A DNA stretch of 62,300 nt, the filler included, from Thermodesulfobacteriota bacterium (GTDB lineage Bacteria; DASVDK01), in the NCBI GenBank assembly GCA_036381125.1. It is 7 parts of 7 records of this genome, joined end to end, with 100 filler letters (N's around TTAATTAATTAA, not from the genome) between each part and the next. Parts side by side here need not be neighbours in the genome. Positions count along the whole stretch, not along the records: positions 53,403 to 62,300 come from DASVDK010000019.1; 6 more parts are not named here. One strand, 5' to 3'. Shown one piece after another: positions 54,650-62,300 of the stretch. Positions within the stretch are counted from its first letter, which is position 1. Each line of letters begins with the position of its first letter. A program made the translations under genes and the position numbers. A model generated the notes under the pieces. The model was not told the origin of the DNA. It made no database searches and saw nothing but the letters and a program-made list of their open reading frames with translations.

Positions 54650-55836
54650 GCGGCCGCCTCGCGCGCCGGCCCTCCCGCGAGCCCGTCGTAGAGCGCGGTG
54701 ACCTGCTGCACGAAGACCGGGCGGCCGTGCCGCCGCTCGACCAGCGCGCGGCCGGCGGCGCCGAGGCGCGCGCGGAGCGCCGGGTCGGCGGCAAGCTCGA
54801 GGAGCGCCGCGGCCAGCGCGGCCGGCTCCGGCCTCACGAGCCGCGCGGCCTCGCGCGTCAGGACCTGCGTGTGCGTCGGCAGGTCGGTCGCCACGACCGG
54901 CCGGCCGGCGTGCAGGTAGGAGTAGAGCTTCATGGGGGTGTTGGTGCCGCCGACCCGCGGCGAGACGAGGACGTCGGCCGCGTCGAGGTGCTCGCGGAGG
55001 CGGGCGACCGGCCGCGGCCCGACGACCCGTGCCCGGGCCGCGAGCCCGGCCGCCTCGACCCGCCGGCGGTAGCGCGCCACGTCGGCCGCCTCGCCCCCCA
55101 CGACCGCGAGGCGGAGCGACCGGTCGCGCGCCGCCGCCGCGGCGAAGCCGTCGACGAGGAGGTCGATGCCCTGATACGGCTCGAGGTTGCCCACGTAGAG
55201 GACCAGCGTCTCGCCGGCGCCGGCGCCGAGGTCGGCCCGCAGGGCGGCCCGCGCCTCGGGCGGCGGCGGCGGGGCGTCCGGCAGGAGCGAGACGTCGCGG
55301 AGCAGGACGACCCGCCTGGCGCCGCCCGCCGCGGCCCGGCGGGCGAGGTCGTCGCAGACGGCCGCCACCGCGGCGCTGCGGCGCACGGCCGCCCGTTCGG
55401 CGGCCCGCAGGAGCGGCGCCACCGGGCGGAGCCAGGGCGCCCGCGCCAGCACCTGGTCCGGCAGCGACGAGTCCATGTCGTAGACGTACGGGACGCCGAG
55501 CCGCGGCGCCAGCGCCATCGCCAGGAAGACCGACTCCTCCACGGCGTGGATCGCGTCGAAGCGCCGGCGCGCGAGGAGGCGGACGAGGCTCGCGCCGAAG
55601 ACGGCGTCGCAGACGAGCTTGCGGAGCGAGAGCCCCGGACCGACCGCCCGGACGAAGGGGACCGGGGGGATGCGGTGGACCGTCACGTCGCCGTAGGTCG
55701 GCGTGTCGCCCAGGTGGAACGCCAGCACCTCCACCCGGTGCCCCGCGGCGGCCAGCGTCCGGATCAGGAGGTCCACGGCGATCGGTGTGCCGCGCTCGAC
55801 GTAGAACGGCTGCGGCGCGAGGACCAGGATCCTCAC
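54646..55836 (-). CDS. Glycosyltransferase family 4
   Basis: GTG at 55836. APQPFYVERGTP, YVGNLEPYQGIDLL and TPMKLYSYL. Confidence 0.88.
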   Translation of the reverse strand: MRILVLAPQPFYVERGTPIAVDLLIRTLAAAGHRVEVLAFHLGDTPTYGDVTVHRIPPVPFVRAVGPGLSLRKLVCDAVFGASLVRLLARRRFDAIHAVEESVFLAMALAPRLGVPYVYDMDSSLPDQVLARAPWLRPVAPLLRAAERAAVRRSAAVAAVCDDLARRAAAGGARRVVLLRDVSLLPDAPPPPPEARAALRADLGAGAGETLVLYVGNLEPYQGIDLLVDGFAAAAARDRSLRLAVVGGEAADVARYRRRVEAAGLAARARVVGPRPVARLREHLDAADVLVSPRVGGTNTPMKLYSYLHAGRPVVATDLPTHTQVLTREAARLVRPEPAALAAALLELAADPALRARLGAAGRALVERRHGRPVFVQQVTALYDGLAGGPAREAAA

Positions 55837-55843
55837 GGCCGCG

Positions 55844-56602
55844 TCACGGCCTCCGCTCCACGCGCTCCATGCGGACGATGACGGGCGAGCCGTATCGGGC
55901 GGTGAGGCCGACGCCGCGGCAGAGCGCCTCGGCGGCCGCCGACAGCGCGGGCGCGCGGAGCGTCCGGTGGAGGACCATCGGCAGCGTGAACTGGGGCGCC
56001 CGTCCGGTCCGGCGGAAGCCCGACGCGGCAAAGGCGCGCTCGACCTCCGCCTCGCGGAAGAGGGTGTAGGGCCGCGTGTTCCCCTCGAGCCGCTTCTTCA
56101 CCCCGAAGAGCCGCGGCGTGAGGACGTTGAGGCTGGCCGTCGTGGGGAAGTCGACCAGCACCGCGCGGTCGGCCACCCGGCACAGCTCCGCCACGAGCGT
56201 CTCCCAGCGCGTCACGTGCGGCAGGAGCCGGTACGAGACGACCAGGTCGAACGCCCGGTCGGCGTATGGGAGCGCGAGGAGGTCCCCCCACTCGAAGCGC
56301 CAGCGCGCGCCGCCGAGCTCCGCCGCGAGCCGCGTGCCGCAGACCGGGTCGCTTCCGAAGACGGTCACGTCGTAGCCCCGGTCGAGGAGGGGACGCGCGA
56401 GCTGGCCGTGCCCGCCCCCCACGTCGAGCACCCGGCGCCCCGGGACCCCGGTGAGGAGTCGCGCCGTCGCCCGCTCCTGCTCGGCCAGGAGCCAGCGGCC
56501 GACCGGCCCCGCGAAGCGGCCGGCGTAGCCCTCGGACGACGTCTCGATGTCGGCGGTCTCCCTGGAGGGCGCAGGCGGTGGCGGCGTCGGTACGGCCAGC
56601 AC
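55844..56602 (-). CDS. Class I SAM-dependent methyltransferase
   Basis: VLDVGGGHGQ, LPYADRAFD and LLPHV...ELCRVA. Confidence 0.85.
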   Translation of the reverse strand: MLAVPTPPPPAPSRETADIETSSEGYAGRFAGPVGRWLLAEQERATARLLTGVPGRRVLDVGGGHGQLARPLLDRGYDVTVFGSDPVCGTRLAAELGGARWRFEWGDLLALPYADRAFDLVVSYRLLPHVTRWETLVAELCRVADRAVLVDFPTTASLNVLTPRLFGVKKRLEGNTRPYTLFREAEVERAFAASGFRRTGRAPQFTLPMVLHRTLRAPALSAAAEALCRGVGLTARYGSPVIVRMERVERRP

Positions 56603-56650
56603 GCCCCCCGAGCAAGCAGGGAGCGTGCCGCAACGCGCACGCTCCTGAAC

Positions 56651-56824
56651 GCGGTCAGGTCTCTACCAGCGTACCAGCGGGGTCAGGTCTCAACGTTTTC
56701 CTGCCCGACCGCGTTCGGTCCTCGAGGTTTTCCGGACATTTGCCCGCGTGGTCAGGGTCAAACCCCAATGCTTTTCCGTGCTTTCGCGGGCTGGGAGGCG
56801 TGGAAAATGGAAAGGTCTGACCCC
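56651..56824. repeat. REP-like cluster D
   Basis: GGGGTCAGGTCTCAACGTTTTCC at 56679-56701, near-perfect partner GGAAAATGGAAAGGTCTGACCCC at 56802-56824 and a partial arm at 56651-56663. Confidence 0.85.
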
Positions 56825-56835
56825 CGTCCGGGTGT

Positions 56836-57555
56836 CTAGTTGCCGGAGGCGGTGGGGAGGGTGAGGCCGTCGGCGCGGACGAGGGTGCGCATGCCGGCGC
56901 CACGATTGGCCACCATGGTGGCGATGCGCCAGCCGTTCAGCCCGTCGCGCGTGACGGTCGGGCCGGTGTAGACCCAGGTGTTGCTCCGGGTCCAGTTCGG
57001 GAAGATCGACGCGGCCAGCTCCTCGTGGGTGGTCGCCTGCGCGCGGATGTAGCCGAGGTTCGAGATGTGGTTCCAGCGGCCGTTCTCGAGGAAGGCGACG
57101 ACCGTGTGCCCGTCGTTGCCGCCGGCGTCGCGCTCCTGGCGCCAGGCGCTGAAGAGTACAGTCGTGTAACCGGCGCGGTCGAGCAGCGCCTTCGCGAGCG
57201 CCGCGTAGTCCTCGCAGTCACCCTTCCTGACGGCCCAGAACTCGTCGGGCGTCGCGAAGTACTCGTCCACGCCCCAGACGCGCCGGTCGAAGCTGTAGGT
57301 GACGGTGTGGTCGAGGAGGTACCAGACCTTCTCCGGCGTGTCGTAGATCCGGGCCAGCTCGTCGAGGCTCATGGCGGCGGCCTCGGCGGCGGTGATCCTC
57401 AGGTAGGTGTCGTCGGCGGCCCGCAGGGCGACCGTGGCGGGGTCCGGCTCGGGCGCCTCCTCACGGGAGGTGGCCATCTGCGGGGCCAGCACGAGGGCGG
57501 CAGCCGCCGCAAGCCCGATCCACGCCGCACGCGTCACCTTGCCACGAATCGACAC
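56836..57555 (-). CDS. Exported transglutaminase-like cysteine peptidase (BTLCP/LapG-like)
   Basis: Signal-like N-terminus, WGVDEYFATPDEF, catalytic GDCEDYA and GHTVV. Confidence 0.8.
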   Translation of the reverse strand: MSIRGKVTRAAWIGLAAAAALVLAPQMATSREEAPEPDPATVALRAADDTYLRITAAEAAAMSLDELARIYDTPEKVWYLLDHTVTYSFDRRVWGVDEYFATPDEFWAVRKGDCEDYAALAKALLDRAGYTTVLFSAWRQERDAGGNDGHTVVAFLENGRWNHISNLGYIRAQATTHEELAASIFPNWTRSNTWVYTGPTVTRDGLNGWRIATMVANRGAGMRTLVRADGLTLPTASGN

Positions 57556-57841
57556 GACCCCCTCCCTGGTGACCGACCGACTGGTGCCCTTCGGGAGGAG
57601 GCCGATTACATGGACCGTGCCGGCGATACCGCCGGGCAGGCGAGGGCAAGGTCTGCCTAGAAACCCGAGCCGAATCGCGAGCTTGCAGCGCAGGGCGCCG
57701 AGAGGGATCGGGCCCGTGCGCCCGGACGATCGCGTTCTCCGTCACCCGGTGACAACTTTGTGCGGACTGGGGCCCCGAGGCCCGAGTCTTCGGCCCCCGA
57801 TCATGGGCCGTCCGGGGGCTGCGGTCGTAGGCGGGACCGGG

Positions 57842-59092
57842 TCAGAGGTTCTGACAGAGGGGGACCAGCTCTCGCGAGAGCTGGGCGAGCGACTGGAGGT
57901 TGCGGGCCGGCAGGAAGGCGTGGAGGAACGGCAGCCCGTCCTTGAGGGCGCGGCAGTAGGACTCGTACGCCGGGTTCCCCTGGAGGGGGTTCAGCCAGAT
58001 GACCGCCGCGGACCGCTGCTGGATGCGCCGCATCTCGCGCTGCAGCACGGCCGGCTCGGTCTTGTCCCACCCGTCCGAGAGGAGGAGCACGACGGTCCGG
58101 GGGGAGAGGACCGTCGGCGCGTAGCGGTCGTTGAAGGTCTGGAGGCAGCGGCCGATGTTGGTGCCGCCCGACCAGTCGGCCACGGTGCGCGACAGCTCCG
58201 CGAGCGCCTCGTCCACGGTGCGGCGCCTGAGCTGCGGCGTGATGCGCGTCAGGCGCGTCGAGAAGACGAACGTCTCGACCCCCTTGATGATGGCCTGGAG
58301 CCCGTAGACGAACTCGATGAGGAAGCGGCTGTAGCGGTCCATCGAGCCCGACACGTCGCAGATGAGGACGAGCTCGTTCTTGCGCACCCGCCGCGCGCGG
58401 TAGGCGAGCGACGCCGGCTCGCCCCCGTGCTGCAACGTCCGGCGCATCGTGCGGCGCAGGTCGACGTAGCGGCCGTGCGGCTTCGGGCGCCGGCGGCGCG
58501 ACAGGCGCGTCGCGAGCCGCTCGGCGAGCCGCTGGAGCAGCCGGCGCACCTCGAGCATCTCGGTCTCGTCGATCTTGAGGAAGTCCTTCTGCGCGAGCGC
58601 CTCGTCGGGCGAGAAGCCCGGGATCCCGGCGTCGTCCTGCTCGGCCTCCTTCGGGCCGGCCTGCGCCGAGGCGACGCGCGGCGTGCCGGCGGCCGGCGCG
58701 CCGAGGACGTCGGGCTCCACGTCGGGCGCCCCCTCGGGCCGGTCGCTCTCCTCGACCGGCAGCCTGACCGTGGACCAGTAGAGATCGAAGACCGGGTCGA
58801 AGCGGTCGAGGTCCTCCTTGCGCGAGATCAGCGTGGCGCGAGCGGCGTGGTAGAAGTCGGCGCGGGACATGGGCGAGACGTGCTCGACCGCACGCGCGAG
58901 GTCGTGGACGCGCGGGGGCTCCACCACGCAGCCGGCGGTCTCGAGGGCGCGGGCGAAGCCGACGAGGGCCTCGCCGAAGGTGGCCGCCTTGAAGGCGGCC
59001 CCCGGCTCGGGCAGCGGCCCGAGCGCGCCGTCGGCAAGGGGGGCGTCGGGGCGCCGGCGGGTCGCGGTGAGCGAGCGGGTCGACTCCGACAT
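57842..59092 (-). CDS. CoxE-like VWA domain protein
   Basis: ATG at 59092. DLRRTMR, MIDAS motif CDVSGSMDRY, FSTRL, WSGGTNIG, LSDGWD and WLNPL. Confidence 0.9.
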   Translation of the reverse strand: MSESTRSLTATRRRPDAPLADGALGPLPEPGAAFKAATFGEALVGFARALETAGCVVEPPRVHDLARAVEHVSPMSRADFYHAARATLISRKEDLDRFDPVFDLYWSTVRLPVEESDRPEGAPDVEPDVLGAPAAGTPRVASAQAGPKEAEQDDAGIPGFSPDEALAQKDFLKIDETEMLEVRRLLQRLAERLATRLSRRRRPKPHGRYVDLRRTMRRTLQHGGEPASLAYRARRVRKNELVLICDVSGSMDRYSRFLIEFVYGLQAIIKGVETFVFSTRLTRITPQLRRRTVDEALAELSRTVADWSGGTNIGRCLQTFNDRYAPTVLSPRTVVLLLSDGWDKTEPAVLQREMRRIQQRSAAVIWLNPLQGNPAYESYCRALKDGLPFLHAFLPARNLQSLAQLSRELVPLCQNL

Positions 59093-59100
59093 GCGGCCGC

Positions 59101-60006
59101 TTACGACCCCGCCTGGGCGGCCCGCCGCGCGGCGTCGAAGAGGCCGCGCATGGAGGCGTCCTGGATCCGCTCGACGTCCTCGCGGTACTTGAAGATGACC
59201 CCCAGGGTGTCGGTCACCGTGCTCTCGTCGAGCGACCGCCGGCCGAGCGCGAGGAGCGCCGAGGCCCAGTCGAGGCTCTCGGCGATGCCCGGCTTCTTGA
59301 AGAAGTCCTTCGTGCGCGCCTGCTCCATGAAGCCGCAGATCTGGCGGCCGAGGCTCTCGGGCAGCCCGGGGACCTTGGTCTTGAGGATCGCGAGTTCCTT
59401 CTCGAAGGTCGGGTAGGCGATCCAGTGGTAGAGGCAGCGCCGCTTGAGCGCGTCGTTCAGCTCGCGCGTCCGGTTGGAGGTGAGCACCACCACCGGCCGC
59501 CGCGCCGCGCGGATCGTCCCCAGCTCGGGGATGGTGATCTGGAAGTCGGACAGGACCTCGAGGAGGAACGCCTCGAACTCCTGATCGCAGCGGTCGACCT
59601 CGTCGATGAGGAGCACCGTCGGCCGGCCGTGGTTGTCGATCGCCCTGAGGAGCGGCCGCTCGATGAGGAACTCGCGGGTGAAGATCTGCTTGACCGGCGC
59701 GTGCTCGCGCCCGTGACCGTCGGCCGCCTCGAGGCGCATCGCGAGGAGCTGCTTGGGGTAGTTCCACTCGTAGAGGGCACTGTTGGCGTCCAGCCCCTCG
59801 TAGCACTGCAGGCGGATCAGGTCGGCCTCGAGCGTCTGCGCCAGCACCTTGGCGACCTCGGTCTTGCCGACCCCCGACTCCCCCTCGAGGAAGAGGGGCT
59901 TCTCGAGCTTCACCGCCAGGAAGATCGAGGTGGCGAGGGCCCGATCGGACACGTACGCGCCGGCCGCCAGCGCCTGCTGGACAGCGTCGATGGACTCGAG
60001 TGTCAT
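59101..60006 (-). CDS. CoxD-like MoxR family AAA+ ATPase
   Basis: LEGESGVGKT, RLQCYEGLD, LIDEVDR, FQITIPELG and TSNRTRELNDALKRRC. Confidence 0.92.
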   Translation of the reverse strand: MTLESIDAVQQALAAGAYVSDRALATSIFLAVKLEKPLFLEGESGVGKTEVAKVLAQTLEADLIRLQCYEGLDANSALYEWNYPKQLLAMRLEAADGHGREHAPVKQIFTREFLIERPLLRAIDNHGRPTVLLIDEVDRCDQEFEAFLLEVLSDFQITIPELGTIRAARRPVVVLTSNRTRELNDALKRRCLYHWIAYPTFEKELAILKTKVPGLPESLGRQICGFMEQARTKDFFKKPGIAESLDWASALLALGRRSLDESTVTDTLGVIFKYREDVERIQDASMRGLFDAARRAAQAGS

Positions 60007-60087
60007 GGTCTCCACATTCCCGGCCGCGACGGCCGCCGAAATAACACCGCATCTTACCACGCGAGCCGCGCTCGGGCTGCCGGCCGC

Positions 60088-60116
60088 TTGACAAACGCAC
60101 CCGAAAGAGATAGAGA
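60088..60116 (+). promoter_or_regulatory. Sigma70-type promoter
   Basis: TTGACA-17 nt-TAGAGA, about 50 bp upstream of the YtxH gene. Confidence 0.6.
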
Positions 60117-60166
60117 AGTCGAGCACTTACACACTTCGCGCGCGAGGCGCAGGGAGGGTGAAAGCC

Positions 60167-60556
60167 ATGGCGGACATCTACACGGACGAGCGCAGGCGGG
60201 CGACGGACAACGGCTCGGGCGCGTGGGTGGCGTTCCTGGCCGGTACGGCCATCGGCGCCGGCCTCGCGCTGCTGCTCGCGCCGCGGCCCGGCAGCGAGAC
60301 GCGCAAGGCGCTCCGTCAGTCGATGGAGGGGGCCGAGGGGGTCATCAAGGCCAACCTCGACCGCGGCCTCGCACTCTTCGACGAGGCCAGGGCGCGCATC
60401 GGCGAGGCGATCGAGGCGGGCAAGGAGGCGGCGCGCCGGGAGTCGCAGCGCCTCAGCCGCGAGTGGTCGGCCTCGCAGGGCCAGGCGAGCGCCGAGGGTG
60501 GTCAGGCGACCGGCCAGGGCGTGGGCGAGCCGGCCGGCCAGACGCCGCGCGGCTGA
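60167..60556 (+). CDS. YtxH domain protein
   Basis: FLAGTAIGAGLALLLAPRPGSETRK motif and RBS GGGAGG. Confidence 0.88.
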   Translation: MADIYTDERRRATDNGSGAWVAFLAGTAIGAGLALLLAPRPGSETRKALRQSMEGAEGVIKANLDRGLALFDEARARIGEAIEAGKEAARRESQRLSREWSASQGQASAEGGQATGQGVGEPAGQTPRG

Positions 60557-60569
60557 TCGGCCGGCGTCC

Positions 60570-61730
60570 GTGGGCATCGGCGCGTCGGCTCCGTCCCTTC
60601 CCGTGCGCCTCCGGTCGCGCGGCGCGCTCTGGCCGCGGCAGCGCCTCGCCGCGGCGCTCGCGGAGGGCCTGATCGTCGCCGACACGCCGATCGAGCCGCG
60701 GCAACTGCAGCCGGCGTCGCTCGACCTCAGGCTCGGCCGCCGCGCCATCCGCGTCCGGTCGAGCTTCCTGCCGGGCAGCTCCACCGTGGCCGAGCGCCTC
60801 CAGTCGCTCGCCATGTACGACCTGCCGCTCGACCGCGACGACGGCGGCATCCTCGAGCGGGGGCACGTCTACATCATCCCTCTCGAGGAGCGGCTGCGGC
60901 TGCCGCGCGGCGTGCGAGGCAAGGCCAATCCCAAGTCCACGACCGGCCGCCTCGACGTGTTCACCCGGGTCGTCACCGACCGCCACTGGCGGTTCGACGA
61001 GATCTCGGCCGGCTACGCGGGGCCGCTCTACCTCGAGGTCGTGCCCTCGTCGTTCACGATCCGCGTGAAGGCCGGCATGTCGCTGAACCAGCTGCGCCTC
61101 ATGGAGGGCGACCCGCACCTGGACGACGACGAGATCCTGGCGCTCAACGCCGAGCGCCGCCTGCTGCTCGGCCCCAAGGGGGGGCGCCGCGAGGCGGTGA
61201 TCGAGAACGGGCTCTACCTCGGCGTCGACCTCGTCGGCCGGACCAGCGGCGGCCTCATCGGGTACAAGGCCAAGAAGAACTCCGCGGTCATCGACCTCTC
61301 GAAGGTCGGCCACTACGACCCGCTCGACTTCTGGGAGCCGATCGGCAGCCGGGAGGGGAGGAGCGGGCTCATCCTCGAGCCGGAGGAGTTCCTCATCCTC
61401 GCGTCCAAGGAGAAGGTCCAGGTCCCGCCCGACCTCGCGGCCGAGATGGTGGCGTACGACGTGACCAACGGCGAGCTGCGCACGCACTACGCCGGCTTCT
61501 TCGATCCGGGCTTCGGCTACCGGCCCGACGAGCCCGACAACCCGGGCACGCGGGCGGTGCTCGAGGTGCGGGCGCACGAGGTCCCCTTCCAGCTCGAGGA
61601 CGGGCAGCTCTTCTGCAAGCTCGTCTTCGAGCGGTTGACGGAGCCCCCCGACGTCGCGTATGGTGCCGCGCTCGCGTCCTCCTACCAGAACCAGGAGCTG
61701 ACGCTCAGCAAGCAGTTCCGGCGCCCGTAG
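60570..61730 (+). CDS. dcd: dCTP deaminase (long, duplicated-domain type)
   Basis: QPASLDLRLG, ANPKSTTGRLDVFTR, HYAGFFDPGFG and AVLEVR. Start uncertain. Confidence 0.88.
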   Translation: MGIGASAPSLPVRLRSRGALWPRQRLAAALAEGLIVADTPIEPRQLQPASLDLRLGRRAIRVRSSFLPGSSTVAERLQSLAMYDLPLDRDDGGILERGHVYIIPLEERLRLPRGVRGKANPKSTTGRLDVFTRVVTDRHWRFDEISAGYAGPLYLEVVPSSFTIRVKAGMSLNQLRLMEGDPHLDDDEILALNAERRLLLGPKGGRREAVIENGLYLGVDLVGRTSGGLIGYKAKKNSAVIDLSKVGHYDPLDFWEPIGSREGRSGLILEPEEFLILASKEKVQVPPDLAAEMVAYDVTNGELRTHYAGFFDPGFGYRPDEPDNPGTRAVLEVRAHEVPFQLEDGQLFCKLVFERLTEPPDVAYGAALASSYQNQELTLSKQFRRP

Positions 61731-61742
61731 CGCAGGGGAGAC

Positions 61743-62300
61743 ATGCCGCACCTCAAGGGCAACCTCCACACCCACACGACCTTCTCCGACGGGCGCCTCC
61801 CGATGGAGGAGGTCGTGCGCCGCTACCGGGAGCTGGGGTACGACTTCCTCGCCGTCACCGACCACGAGCCGGGGCTCCACCCGACCTACTGGTCGGCCAT
61901 CCCGCGCGAGGTCCCGGGGATGATCGTCTTCCCCGGGCTCGAGCTGTCCTATCCCTACCTGGGGGGCCAGCACATCGGCCTCGTCAACGGCGACACGGAG
62001 AAGCTCTACGTCTTCAACCACCCCAACGTCTTCGGCCTCACCGTCGCGGACGTGCGCGACGCGGTGGCGCAGATCGCGCCTCGCCTCGAGATCCACGCGG
62101 TGGAGACGACGCACCACGCGCGCTACCTCCCCGAGTACGACGTCCCCGACCTGCCGCTCCCCAAGGTCGCCACGGACGACGCGCACGGCCCCGAGGAGAT
62201 CGGCCGCGCCTGGGTCGAGGTGAACGCGAGGCGCGAGAAGGACGCGATCCTCCGGGCCATCAAGGCCGGGGACTTCGCGCTCGGCTTCCGCGACCCGGTC
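61743..62300 (+). CDS. PHP domain metal-dependent phosphoesterase (runs off window end)
   Basis: MPHLKGNLHTHTTFSDG, YDFLAVTDH, GLELS, NHP and TDDAH after RBS GGGGAG. Absent from the ORF track because it has no stop in the window. Confidence 0.88.
   Translation, partial: MPHLKGNLHTHTTFSDGRLPMEEVVRRYRELGYDFLAVTDHEPGLHPTYWSAIPREVPGMIVFPGLELSYPYLGGQHIGLVNGDTEKLYVFNHPNVFGLTVADVRDAVAQIAPRLEIHAVETTHHARYLPEYDVPDLPLPKVATDDAHGPEEIGRAWVEVNARREKDAILRAIKAGDFALGFRDPV

Overview
This window joins seven contigs with artificial linkers (44 N + TTAATTAATTAA + 44 N): 1-13316, 13417-16511, 16612-26298, 26399-40943, 41044-45018, 45119-53302 and 53403-62300. Adjacency across linkers therefore means nothing. The DNA is very GC-rich (roughly 70% by eye) and comes from a diderm bacterium (Pal, outer-membrane proteins, lipoproteins); a delta-proteobacterial-like affiliation is only an inference. 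Most genes are housekeeping or metabolic: a CRP regulator, a peptide ABC importer, acyl-CoA carboxylase subunits, glucokinase, a Cu-type P1B ATPase, leuCD, hisS-aspS, icd-mdh-fumarase-sucC, a CoxD/CoxE pair, dCTP deaminase, two NtrC-type two-component systems and a MazE/PemK pair. The best candidates for poorly described systems are: (1) a lipoprotein-anchored, FAM173-like SAM methyltransferase co-transcribed with an APC permease; (2) a putative sigma54 operon encoding a glycoside-hydrolase-like lipoprotein, a GspC/PDZ-like protein and three GT4 glycosyltransferases; (3) a Ycf46-AAA/DUF1257/DUF2997/secreted-NHL cluster with a structured spacer over a ribosome-binding site; and (4) an unannotated sigma54-type small transcript divergent from hisS. 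Features the ORF track misses include a 23-bp REP-like repeat family at four loci, two CTAG-flanked MITE-like elements, a cupredoxin remnant beside the Cu-ATPase and an in-frame TAG just after a lipobox. I recognised no rRNA, tRNA or CRISPR array. All family calls come from reading motifs, not from database searches.
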